DNA from: Oligoflexus sp.
GTDB lineage: Bacteria; Bdellovibrionota_B; Oligoflexia; Oligoflexales; Oligoflexaceae
DNA length: 35,530 nucleotides
Assembly (NCBI GenBank): GCA_041736305.1
Contig: JBGSTX010000171.1
Location: forward strand, 1 to 35,530
Direction: 5' to 3'
In this document: positions 1 to 8,765 of the stretch, one piece after another
How positions within the stretch are numbered: the first letter of the stretch is position 1
How the letters are laid out: every line of letters starts with the position of its first letter
Notes under the pieces: generated by a model
What the model was told of the DNA's origin: nothing
Database searches by the model: none
What the model saw: only the letters and a program-made list of their open reading frames with translations
Translations under genes and position numbers: made by a program

Positions 1-2
1 AA

Positions 3-887
3 ATCGAGGAGCATCTGACGGACAAGCTCCTGCCAAGGGCTCCCTATCGTCAGTATGTTCTAACATTTCCCCATAGTCTTCGCTACCGTCTGGCCTGGGA
101 CAGCCAGCTTCTGGCGGCTATCCACAAAACAGTCATCGATCGCATCTATCGATTTATTCGTGATCAACTTTCTGGAAAGTTCAAGAGAAAAGATCTGCGT
201 CCAGGATCGGTGAGTCTTATACAAAGATGTGGATCGCTGCTCAACTTAAACCTGCATTTTCATCTTCTGGTCCTGGATGGTGCCTTTATCTGCCGTGAAA
301 AAAAGCGTCCTTTTTTTCATAAGATTGAGGGGCCAAGCAGCGAGGCGATAGGCGAACTGCTCGCATCCATCATCGAAGCTGTGGAACTTTGTCTCGGCAA
401 ACGTGGGCTCCTGGAAGAGGATGCTTCGATTGAAATTGAAGATGAGTTACTCAGCGTCGAAGCGGCCAGCCGCGCGTCGGTGGGGCAAACCAACGCCTTT
501 GGTGAGCGTCGAGGTCAGCGAGTCAGACGAATCGGTTTTCCAAAGCAAGGCGAGCTCATGGAGTTCAAAGGCCCGCAGTGTGTCGCTCGATCCGGGTTTA
601 GTCTACACGCCGCGCGTCAAATCCATCGTGAGGATCGGTAGGGCCTCAGTCAGTTGATAAATTATATGGCGAGGCCACCGATTGCCGAGGAGAGGCTCAC
701 AAGAAATGCATCGGGTGATATTGAGTATAGACTGGGGCAGCCTTGGGCTGATGGGACAACGGGGATCAAGCTGAGCCCTTCGGAGCTGATCGAAAAGTTG
801 ATCGCTTTGATCCCGCCACCGCGTAACCCACTTATTCGTTTCGGCGGTGTATTTGCGCCGAACTATTCGCGGCGCGAGGAAAGTTAA
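3..887 (+). pseudogene. IS91-family (rolling-circle HUH/Y2) transposase pseudogene, cut by the window start
   Basis: The frame from nt 3 reads EHLTDKLLPRAPYRQYVLTFP...NLNLHFHLLVLDG (HUH motif)...GFSLHA...YMARPP...LIPPPR. A single in-frame TAG at 639-641 separates ORFs 210..641 and 654..887. The C-terminal part is missing after 887. Confidence 0.9.
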
Positions 888-1005
888 ACGCCTTGATGGC
901 CATAGGCGAGCAGCGAGAAGAGTCTTGAAGTCCTAAAGCGCGATAAGTTTGCCTTGAAACCGAGATGAGTCACGCACAGGAGGGGTGAAAAATAAAAGGT
1001 AAGAT

Positions 1006-1026
1006 GCTTTTGGATTTCCTACTCCC
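1006..1026 (+). mobile_element. Candidate IS91/ISCR oriIS end
   Basis: GCTTTTGGATTTCCTACTCCC lies ~120 bp downstream of the transposase. It resembles the ISCR-type oriIS pattern GnGTTTGAAnTTCCTAT (recalled) and the motifs at 33501 and 35330. Confidence 0.55.
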
Positions 1027-1161
1027 CTATGGAGCGGCAGCGTGATCCCCTCTATAAGTGTTCATTGCCATATTTGAGAGTGAGATGTAAAAATCCTTGC
1101 GGATCAGACCTCGAGTTTGCCGCCACCCCCAGGACAAACTCAATAACCACAAAGATACTCC

Positions 1162-2226
1162 ATGCTCATCCCTTATCCAGAAACCAAAGCTCAGTGGATC
1201 GATAGGACCAAAGGCACCTTCGCCATACGAACGCCTTGGATCGAGATCAACGCAGAGATCGACCCCCAGGAAGCAGTGCCTTTACAGCGCGCACTTGATA
1301 GTGTGAACAATTTTCACCTAGGCCCCTCCCCAGCTCAGGCGAAGGAAGCCCATTATTTGCTCGAGCAATTCTCTGAGCACCCTATCGCCTACTCCCGACC
1401 AAGACCTCTAGGGAAATTCTCGCCTCCACCAGTCAACAGCAGTCGATTGGCTGAGTTGAATTCTGTACTCGCACAGCTACCAAGCCCACCTCTGTGGGAT
1501 CATGAAGCCATTCTCAATCGCTGTCGAATCGAACATACCGATCTATTCGATGCCGTTAGTGTCATAGGCTGTTTACGTCGCCATCGACTGGTCGATACCG
1601 CTGCCAATAAGCATATCCAGAAGCAAGTTGCCGACCTAGGACAGTTGAAGAACCTAGATAGGCCACTCTTTCTAAGCATCATGCGCCGGGTTCTGGAGCA
1701 TTCGCTGTATATCACCAGAAGCGCGGTCCCGTCCCTGGAAGGAGCCTTGGGACTCCTCGATGCCGCCGATAAACTTCTGAAAGACTTCATCCGCTCAGAA
1801 ACCGGCCATGACATCCTAGTGAGCAAGAGCTTAAAGGCTCTCGGCGGTTACCACACTGATCTAGAAAACCACCTCCTAGAAGAAGTGCTCATCCTTGTGC
1901 GTACCTTACGGATGAGCGCGTCCCTTAGTCTCTTGACGCTTGCAGGTTTGATCGAAGGCTTTGAAGGTGTGAGTTATGACGAAGAACCAAATAATATCTG
2001 GCACCTCCTCGATAATATCGAGGAGTTTCCGAAAGCAGCGCGGGGGGTGCGGGAGCACCAGCGCATCAATGATCAGCATCATCATGCCGACATCTGTATC
2101 CAACTGGCTGCTCTATTAGCACCTGTGACGCGTGAAGAAGCTCAACTGGCCCTGCGTATCGCCGAAGGTTCGGAGAGCCTCCGGACGAGGCTCTTCGAAA
2201 AGCTTTATAGCTCTATCGGCCTGTGA
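1162..2226 (+). CDS. Heme-oxygenase-like diiron oxidase (HDO; CADD/PqqC/TenA-like fold) with an extra N-terminal region
   Basis: 354 aa, helical. Candidate ligands are SETGHD (ExxH), GFEG and EHQRINDQHHH, in the order typical of HDO diiron sites. No signal peptide. Confidence 0.65.
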   Translation: MLIPYPETKAQWIDRTKGTFAIRTPWIEINAEIDPQEAVPLQRALDSVNNFHLGPSPAQAKEAHYLLEQFSEHPIAYSRPRPLGKFSPPPVNSSRLAELNSVLAQLPSPPLWDHEAILNRCRIEHTDLFDAVSVIGCLRRHRLVDTAANKHIQKQVADLGQLKNLDRPLFLSIMRRVLEHSLYITRSAVPSLEGALGLLDAADKLLKDFIRSETGHDILVSKSLKALGGYHTDLENHLLEEVLILVRTLRMSASLSLLTLAGLIEGFEGVSYDEEPNNIWHLLDNIEEFPKAARGVREHQRINDQHHHADICIQLAALLAPVTREEAQLALRIAEGSESLRTRLFEKLYSSIGL

Positions 2227-2531
2227 TAGCTGCAGTAATCGTTCTCAGGGACCCGACTGGTTTTGCGCTTGACGAAATAGGTGGGGCAGCTCCCATCTTC
2301 TTCGACTTCGCAGCTTTTGTAGTAGCAGTAATCGCCGTCGATCACGTCAGCCGAGACAAACTCTTCCGTACAGACCTTGGCGTGAATCGGTAGAGTTGCC
2401 GACCTAAGGACGCAGATATCGCGCTTCATTGTACGATCTTGAGTCTTATCATTGCTTTCGCTTGACTGACCATAGGAAGCCATAGACATACCGACCACTG
2501 CCGCAAGAACTAAAGCATTTTTATTTTCCAT
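2205..2531 (-). CDS. Small secreted cysteine-rich protein
   Basis: 108 aa with RBS GGGGAG, a Sec-type signal (NALVLAAVVGMSMASYG) and 6 Cys in the mature part. Its 3' end overlaps the HDO gene by 22 nt. Confidence 0.7.
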   Translation of the reverse strand: MENKNALVLAAVVGMSMASYGQSSESNDKTQDRTMKRDICVLRSATLPIHAKVCTEEFVSADVIDGDYCYYKSCEVEEDGSCPTYFVKRKTSRVPENDYCSYHRPIEL

Positions 2532-2590
2532 ATTCTCCCCTAAAGTGTCCTATTGAAAGACGAGCGTGGGCCTAAATCCCCGAGAAAAGC

Positions 2591-3892
2591 TCACTTGAAC
2601 TGCGGCTCATTAAGAATACCTTGGAACAGAATGCTCCCCGTCTTGGTATCGCGCAAACTAAAGAAAAATGGCTCATCGGCTATAAACTCAACATAGGGTT
2701 GGTCGTCAGGCTCGATTTCTGCCGATACTGTCTCCGCTATAATAACAGCCGTCACGGCCGCAGCCTTGAAGCCGTTCTCATCCATCTCAACCGCAGTTTT
2801 CTGCAGAACATCGGTGAAAAAAATAGGGGTACTAGCAAAGGTACGGCCTAGCTTATCCAGCTGGGCAGTCTTAGAAAAAACTCGCTTCATCCCTAAAGCC
2901 TGGAGCTGCTGCCTCATTGACTGGGTAAAGTCTAATTTGAATTTTGGTATTTTTACTAAGTTGACTTTGGTCGAACGCTGCGATTTCTGCAACTGATCGT
3001 AGTTATCACGGCTGAAAGAATTGAGGCTAGCCGTCTTTTTACTTGGGAGAACGAAATCTAATTGATAGCGGCCGTAATTAGTAAGGGAACGGAACCTGAG
3101 ACTCATCATCTTAAAGGTCCCGTCGTCGACATAAGGCGTACGCAGATCGGTGTGACGAAGAGTGTCGGCTTGAATCATGCGCCCGTCACCCAGGTAGAAA
3201 GGCTCAGCAGACGTTTCATCCCGTGAAAACTGCGCATCCCATTGCCCTTGGAAGAAAAGCGCGTTGAGCAGGACGGCAACTGTATCGTCTTCGAATTTTT
3301 CAAGTATGGTGGGGATCATGCCGCCGGTGCTTTCCTCAACCCAATTATTCATGGCTTGGAGGGTCTTCGGATCGCTAAACGGCTCGTCGCGCGCCAAGTC
3401 TTGGTCAGGCAGGATGCTATAGAAAGTATTGGCCTGCATTCGAAATTGTGGGCTCAGCTCAAACCGCTCACTGTCGACCCAAATCGAATTGGCGATATGC
3501 AGCGTCTCATCGTTTTCTGCCCCTGAGGAGCGCAGGGATTTGGTCAGGGCCTGAGCGCGTAGGTTCCAGTCATTTATGGGGTCCTTGCCGAGACCTAGAA
3601 CGGACTTCATTTCAGTGAGGGTTTCGGCATTCGCGCCATTGCTCGACATGGTTAACACCAGCCAGGCACTGAGCGGCGAAAAGAGCAGGTTTTCAGGAAC
3701 AGTCTTTTTTTCGCTCTCAGCCCGTATCCTATTGAATACCGTCCAACCAAATTGATTAGAGGCATTGGCGGCCAATTGTTCTGGATTCAAACGTGCTTGG
3801 ATTGAGACGGGACTGGCACCCTCTGCTAGGGCAGTGAGGGGAATAGACAAAGCCAGGGCGAGCAGGGACAGAATGTTGGTTTTCTTAAGCAC
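2591..3892 (-). CDS. Secreted serpin (serine protease inhibitor)
   Basis: Signal peptide; NLLFSPLS, ANSIW, MNNWVEESTGGMIP, LLNALFFQGQW, PKFKLD; hinge/RCL EMDENGFKAAAVT; C-terminal FIADEPFFF...ILFQG. GTG start with AAGGA RBS. Confidence 0.95.
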   Translation of the reverse strand: MLKKTNILSLLALALSIPLTALAEGASPVSIQARLNPEQLAANASNQFGWTVFNRIRAESEKKTVPENLLFSPLSAWLVLTMSSNGANAETLTEMKSVLGLGKDPINDWNLRAQALTKSLRSSGAENDETLHIANSIWVDSERFELSPQFRMQANTFYSILPDQDLARDEPFSDPKTLQAMNNWVEESTGGMIPTILEKFEDDTVAVLLNALFFQGQWDAQFSRDETSAEPFYLGDGRMIQADTLRHTDLRTPYVDDGTFKMMSLRFRSLTNYGRYQLDFVLPSKKTASLNSFSRDNYDQLQKSQRSTKVNLVKIPKFKLDFTQSMRQQLQALGMKRVFSKTAQLDKLGRTFASTPIFFTDVLQKTAVEMDENGFKAAAVTAVIIAETVSAEIEPDDQPYVEFIADEPFFFSLRDTKTGSILFQGILNEPQFK

Positions 3893-3972
3893 GGGTGATT
3901 CCTTTATAAAAGTGTTTGATAAAAACTGAGTTTCAATACCTTTTCAAAATCGCTATTCCAATAAGCTTAACT

Positions 3973-4497
3973 TCAATTCCGGACTCCCATCCCCGCGACT
4001 GGCGCGGGTTCCTGTGCCTCCTCCGCTGATTCTTGGTGAACTCCTTCAGCGTTGGGGCGGCATACTAAAGTCGTGCCAGCTTGAGCTAGTAGAGCCTTAT
4101 AGACTTGGTTTCGGTAGGCGGTGATTTCTGTATCGGACATACTATGAGACGGGAGCTGGCTGGGATCGAAGCTTAAGGTAAGAGTGAGCGGCTTATTTAT
4201 ATTTTTTTGAGAAGCCTGTGCTGAGGAAGCTTTGTTGGGAGTCGCCCCTTCGGAATTACTTGGTAATTTCTGAGCCTGCACCTGATCTGCAGATGGAAAC
4301 TCTGCAAGGATAATAGCTTTTTCGAGCTTGAATCCAGGCGTGGCAACTAGTTCTAGCGTGGCGAGTAGGCTTTCAACTGTGGATGTGCCTTTTTGGTTTA
4401 CAGCAATCGTCACGCTATCACAATCAGGGGTTTTTGCCTGCCCGGTGACACCGTGGAAGGTCATGAACAAGACGAAGCTCAGCGGCTTGAAGTTCAT
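3973..4497 (-). CDS. Hypothetical secreted protein
   Basis: 174 aa with AAGGA RBS, an N-terminal signal peptide and a Cys pair. Co-oriented with the serpin. Confidence 0.7.
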   Translation of the reverse strand: MNFKPLSFVLFMTFHGVTGQAKTPDCDSVTIAVNQKGTSTVESLLATLELVATPGFKLEKAIILAEFPSADQVQAQKLPSNSEGATPNKASSAQASQKNINKPLTLTLSFDPSQLPSHSMSDTEITAYRNQVYKALLAQAGTTLVCRPNAEGVHQESAEEAQEPAPVAGMGVRN

Positions 4498-4564
4498 AAA
4501 AGTTTCCTTTAACTTGATGGAGTCTCAAATCTGCGACCGATCTCAGTTTCGGCAAAATTTAGAG

Positions 4565-4617
4565 TTTCGTATACAGAACTTGCAGCGGTTGCCAAAGAAA
4601 GCGTTCGATATGAGAAC
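4565..4617. promoter_or_regulatory. Two copies of (G/T)TTC-N7-GAAC, candidate operators of the TIGR02147 regulator
   Basis: TTTCGTATACAGAAC (4565-4579) and GTTCGATATGAGAAC (4603-4617) lie in the divergent intergenic region. Confidence 0.4.
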
Positions 4618-4634
4618 TGTCTTAGTTGGAATAT

Positions 4635-5480
4635 ATGGAAACTGAAATATATCGAATTTTCCAGACTAATAACGACATCTCGTCTGTGCTTAAAGGCCTG
4701 TTCGACCTGGCCCGCAAGGAACAGCCCAGCCTGACTTTGACTAAGCTATGTCAGGCCAGTGGCTTGGCTTCTAAGGGCTACATGTCAGAAGTTTTAAGAG
4801 GCATGCGCCTCCCCAAGCCCTATGTGGCTGATTCGGTCGCACAAGCTCTAGGACTGCAGGGACTGGCTTTAAAATATGTAGTTACATTGGCCAAGCGCGA
4901 CTGTACTGAAGCAGGCCTCAAACGAATCCAGCTGGAAGTGGAACTGGCCTCAATCCGCAAGGGACTCGAAGTCAGCATTATTCCCCATCCGGAGAGCCAG
5001 GGCTTTTCTGGCTTTACAATGGAAGTCTTTTGCGCCTTTGGCCTCTATGGAGGACACCCGACCCGGGCCATGCTGGTCGACTATTTTGGCCGCGATCGAG
5101 CTTTTGAAGTCGATGATTCGCTCCGTGAATTAAACAAGGCAGGTTTTATTGCCGAGGAAGAGGGTGGCTTTAAACTGCTTGAGTCCTCCACCCATTATGC
5201 CTTTAGCGAAGGAGCCGATGGGTTTCAACACTTGGAATTCTTGCGGCAGGCTATTTATGCTTCAGTCCAGGCCGCGTCGACCTGGTTTTCACGCAAAGCT
5301 GATAGTCACTTTGAGTCTATGATCCTAAGCGTCCGCAGCAGTGAGTACCGGGTCGCTTTACAGAAATTAAAGGCCGACCTTCTGGCCTGGGAGGCTGGAC
5401 TGGAAACCCAAGAAGCCGATAGCTTGATTCGAGTTAATGTGCAGATCCATCCCCTGGGTGCGCCAAAGTCTAAGAATTGA
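4635..5480 (+). CDS. TIGR02147/DUF4423-family HTH protein (putative regulator)
   Basis: N-terminal XRE-like HTH (LTLTKLCQASGLASKGYMSEVLRG), a winged segment (LRELNKAGFI) and C-terminal LIRVNVQIHPL. ~280 aa. ATG at 4635 (ORF track starts at 4626). Confidence 0.85.
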   Translation: METEIYRIFQTNNDISSVLKGLFDLARKEQPSLTLTKLCQASGLASKGYMSEVLRGMRLPKPYVADSVAQALGLQGLALKYVVTLAKRDCTEAGLKRIQLEVELASIRKGLEVSIIPHPESQGFSGFTMEVFCAFGLYGGHPTRAMLVDYFGRDRAFEVDDSLRELNKAGFIAEEEGGFKLLESSTHYAFSEGADGFQHLEFLRQAIYASVQAASTWFSRKADSHFESMILSVRSSEYRVALQKLKADLLAWEAGLETQEADSLIRVNVQIHPLGAPKSKN

Positions 5481-5550
5481 ATGACCATTCAATCTTTGAG
5501 CTAAGATCAAGAATCACTGCCATTGTCATTAATGCAGTACCAGCCCTTAG

Positions 5551-5895
5551 GGCATGTTCTTGCTCTGGATGGCGTTTACGCCCGACACCAGGAAGTCCCG
5601 CGCTTTTACAACGGCGAGCCGATCAGCGATTGCGAAGTTGGGCGCCTCATCGAAGGGATCGCGCGGAAAGTAATCGATCATTTGAAAAAGAAGGGCTATC
5701 TGGATCAGGACGGAACGCAGGTTCTGCACCCGCAGTCCGACCCTCTCTTCGGAGATAACGAGGCCATCCGCGAGGCCACAGTTTCATCCATCGCTGGGAA
5801 AATCGCCTTCGGTCCAAATGTCGGAAAGTACGTGACGCGTATTGGGTGAGGCTTTGGCTATGAAGAGGAAATTCCCCTGGCCAAAGGCCGACTAC
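5551..5895 (+). pseudogene. IS91-family transposase internal fragment
   Basis: HVLALDGVY...SIAGKIAFGPNVGKYVTRIG*GFGYEEEIPLAKG is homologous to HLLVLDGAF...NAFGERRGQRVRRIGF in the first element. In-frame TGA at 5847-5849. Confidence 0.85.
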
Positions 5896-5923
5896 ATTTC
5901 CGCCTCCGTATGAGGGGCGTCTC

Positions 5924-5945
5924 GATTGCTTGAACGTCCCATCCC
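5924..5945 (+). mobile_element. Degenerate oriIS-like end
   Basis: GATTGCTTGAACGTCCCATCCC lies ~30 bp after the IS91 fragment and resembles TTTGAACTTCCTAT. Confidence 0.35.
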
Positions 5946-6028
5946 ACAATCTTACGACTGAAAATATCGAGAAATATGTACAGATAATAGAAGCGGCCAC
6001 GGACGTCCGACTTTAGATAAGAGATGTC

Positions 6029-6091
6029 GAGAATCGCAGGCTAAAGCAGCTCGTTGCGGATCAGGCCCTGGATAACCAGGCCCTACTAAAG
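6029..6091 (+). pseudogene. IS3-family OrfA C-terminal fragment
   Basis: Translates ENRRLKQLVADQALDNQAL, the leucine-zipper end of IS3 OrfA. Confidence 0.75.
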
Positions 6092-6100
6092 AGTAAGAGT

Positions 6101-6370
6101 CTATTTCGCTATTACAGCTTTTTCAAGCAATGCCAATCGACGCTCAATTTCCTGAATTTTCGCAGCATCCCATCTGTCTCGATTCAGAAACATTTCGCGA
6201 AGCTTTTGATGCAGGAAGGTTTGATAGCCTTTAGATGAACCTGTCTCTTTTCGAGTCTCTTCTCTTATCGCCTCAAGCAGATCACCATCTATCCACATCG
6301 AAATTTTAACTTTTGCCTTTTTGAAGTCGAGTTCGCTCTCAATAATGTCCACTTCTTTTCGCTTAGACAT
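6101..6370 (-). CDS. BrnA-like (RHH) antitoxin
   Basis: MSKRKEVDII...KVKISMWIDGDLLEAIR...GYQTFLHQKLRE, followed by a short coiled coil. ATG at 6370 overlaps the upstream stop (ATGTCTAA). Confidence 0.75.
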   Translation of the reverse strand: MSKRKEVDIIESELDFKKAKVKISMWIDGDLLEAIREETRKETGSSKGYQTFLHQKLREMFLNRDRWDAAKIQEIERRLALLEKAVIAK

Positions 6371-6600
6371 CGAAGTAGTCCTCCCAGGCCCCAATAATAA
6401 TATCCCGGTTCTGTTCACAGAACTTCTGGATCTTTTTTAAGTCGTTGGCGCTAAAGTTTTTTGAGTCAACCACCTGGATTTTGCCTTCCATGATCACTTT
6501 TGCAGTCGGCTTCCGCTTTTCGAACATAAATATGAATCGGCCGGTGCTCGTTCGAATAGAAAAAGAAATCAATCCCGTTAACTCTCAATATGACTGGCAT
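6363..6600 (-). pseudogene. DUF4160-family protein with a +1 frameshift
   Basis: MPVILRVNGIDFFFYSNEHRPIHIYVRKAEADCK continues in another frame as VIMEGKIQVVDSKNFSANDLKKIQKFCEQNRDIIIGAWEDYFDV. There is one extra base near the A4 run at ~6498-6501. Confidence 0.8.
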
Positions 6601-6786
6601 AGGCCATCCCGAGAGCCGGACGCTAACGGCATCGATTGACCTGCTACATACTGAATCCGTGGCTGAGTCCTTCACATGGCAGATGATCAAAGTGCTCAGC
6701 CGACGTCAAGTTCGTACTGGCTAAAGAGGGCGTGGCTCCTTAGTTTGAGTCCCAGTGAACGTACATACAATTCCTTGCCTTCTTAA

Positions 6787-6815
6787 CTTAATATCAGCTT
6801 TAGCCTCGCTTTACA
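6787..6815 (+). promoter_or_regulatory. Pho-box-like direct repeats upstream of phoD
   Basis: CTTAATA (6787), CTTTAGC (6798) and CTTTACA (6809) have exact 11-bp periodicity. Confidence 0.45.
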
Positions 6816-6862
6816 TGTTGCTCCTAAGCTCCGGCGAAAGCTCCCGCGAAAGGAGGGCATTT

Positions 6863-8449
6863 ATGAAAACAAAAAGAGACGGTGTCGATCGTCGAGAGTT
6901 GCTTAAGAGTACCTGGCTTCTAGGCAGTGGATTCATAGGGGGATCCACCATCTTGGGCCAGCTTGCACAGTCAAGCCCCATGCGCATTGGGAGACCCCAA
7001 GGCCGACCCTTCTTGCCCTGGGGTGTGCAGCTCGGCGATATCACATCGAGTGGTTTGACTCTCTGGAGCGCCACCGATCGACCCGCACAGATGCTGGTCG
7101 AGGTCGCGGACAATAGTGCCTTTCAAAGTGCCATGCGTTTCACCGGGGGAATCGCTTTGGCTACGCAGGATTTCACAGCAAGGGTGAACCTCCAGGGCCT
7201 GCCGGATGCTGAGCTTCTGCATTATCGAGTCAGCTTCCGCGACCTTGATAAGGCCGGCCTGAGCAGCGAGCCTTTTGTCGGAACGATACGGCCTCTAGCG
7301 CAGAATCCGCGGCGTCTTCGTTTCTGCTTTTCCGGGGATACTGCCGGTCAAGGCTGGGGCATCAACTCGGAGTTTGGCGGGATGAAAATCTACAGCGCCA
7401 TCCTCAAACGGCAGCCGGATTTCTTTGTCCATTGTGGGGATTGCATCTATGCCGATGGACCCATATCCTCGGAAGTCATTTTAGACGACGGAAGCCTCTG
7501 GAAAAACCTGGTAACGGAAGCCAAATCCAAGGTCGCAGAGACTCTGCAGGAATACCGCGGGAACTATCAGTACAATTTGCTGGATGATAATGTCAGGAAG
7601 TTCAATGCCAGCATCCCACAGCTCGTCCAGTGGGATGATCACGAAACACTCAATAACTGGTATCCTCAGGAGATCCTCGACGATAAGCGCTACACGGAAA
7701 AAAGTCTGGCTGTGCTGTCCAGTCGAGCCCGTCAGGCCTTTCTGGAATACACGCCGATCAATCCAGTCTGGAGCGAGCAGAAACAGATTTATCGGGCGTT
7801 TTCCTACGGCGGCCTTCTCGACATTTTCATGCTGGATCTTCGCAGTTATCGAGGCCCGAATAGCCCCAATCGTCAGGATGCGCGCTCACCGGAAACAGAC
7901 TTTATGGGTTTAACCCAAGTGGAATGGCTCAAACGTTCGCTCTCTGCGTCCAAAGCGATCTGGAAAGTCATCAGCAGTGACATGCCGCTTGGTCTGCTTG
8001 TGGCCGATGGGCCGTCTGATTTTGAAGCCTGGGCGAATGGAGATGGCCCGGCACTCGGACGCGAATTGGAACTCGCCGACCTTCTGCAGTTCATTATGGA
8101 GCAGAACATTTCCAATGTTGTCTGGATAACGGCCGACGTCCATTATGCGGCCGCGCATTACTACAACCCAGCAAAGGCGCAAGTCAAAAACTTCAAACCT
8201 TTCTGGGAATTTGTTTCGGGCCCAATGCATGCCGGGACTTTTGGTCCCAACGCACTTGACAATACGTTTGGCCCGGAGGTGAAGTGGAAGGGAATCCCGG
8301 ATGATTTGAAAGCCAATCGCTCCCCGGCGGATGGCTATCAATTTTTTGGAGAAATCGAAGTGGACACGGAGACTCGAAGGATGACTGTGAGGCAGTTTAA
8401 CATCCGCAGCGAACAAGTTTTCTCGATCGATCTCGAAGCGGAAAAGTAA
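6863..8449 (+). CDS. phoD: Alkaline phosphatase D, Tat-exported
   Basis: Twin-arginine RRELLK; SGDTAGQGWG, HCGDCIYADG, QWDDHE, LDLRSYR, TADVHY. AGGAGG RBS precedes ATG 6863. Confidence 0.95.
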   Translation: MKTKRDGVDRRELLKSTWLLGSGFIGGSTILGQLAQSSPMRIGRPQGRPFLPWGVQLGDITSSGLTLWSATDRPAQMLVEVADNSAFQSAMRFTGGIALATQDFTARVNLQGLPDAELLHYRVSFRDLDKAGLSSEPFVGTIRPLAQNPRRLRFCFSGDTAGQGWGINSEFGGMKIYSAILKRQPDFFVHCGDCIYADGPISSEVILDDGSLWKNLVTEAKSKVAETLQEYRGNYQYNLLDDNVRKFNASIPQLVQWDDHETLNNWYPQEILDDKRYTEKSLAVLSSRARQAFLEYTPINPVWSEQKQIYRAFSYGGLLDIFMLDLRSYRGPNSPNRQDARSPETDFMGLTQVEWLKRSLSASKAIWKVISSDMPLGLLVADGPSDFEAWANGDGPALGRELELADLLQFIMEQNISNVVWITADVHYAAAHYYNPAKAQVKNFKPFWEFVSGPMHAGTFGPNALDNTFGPEVKWKGIPDDLKANRSPADGYQFFGEIEVDTETRRMTVRQFNIRSEQVFSIDLEAEK

Positions 8450-8457
8450 GATCAGAT

Positions 8458-8476
8458 CAACTAACTGCGTTAGTTG
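8458..8476 (+). terminator. Hairpin after phoD
   Basis: CAACTAAC-tgc-GTTAGTTG, 8 nt after the stop. No clear U tract. Confidence 0.35.
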
Positions 8477-8765
8477 GCCGTGGCAATTTTAGCAATCGCG
8501 ATCACAGGACACTACTGGAAAAGATGAATGCAATGATCGCGTCGACTTTGGGCCAAGGAAAGCAGGGCTTTCTCCTTGTCGCGGATGCCTAATATTCTTC
8601 TGCTGCCGTTCTCGACTCCATGGCGGCTCAAAACGGATCCATGCTCGTGCGTGTGAGGAACAATGCAGTCATTCGACTTTATCACGCGCAGTTCGGAATC
8701 TTGAGCACAGATTATTCAAGCTCGCTAATCCTCGTCTCCTGAGAAAAAGATGCCCTTCTATGCCT

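Noticed and set aside
639-641. Stop-codon readthrough or recoding in the IS91 transposases (TAG at 639, TGA at 5847)
   Set aside because: Both genes are also truncated, and other genes use these codons as normal stops, so decay is the simpler explanation.
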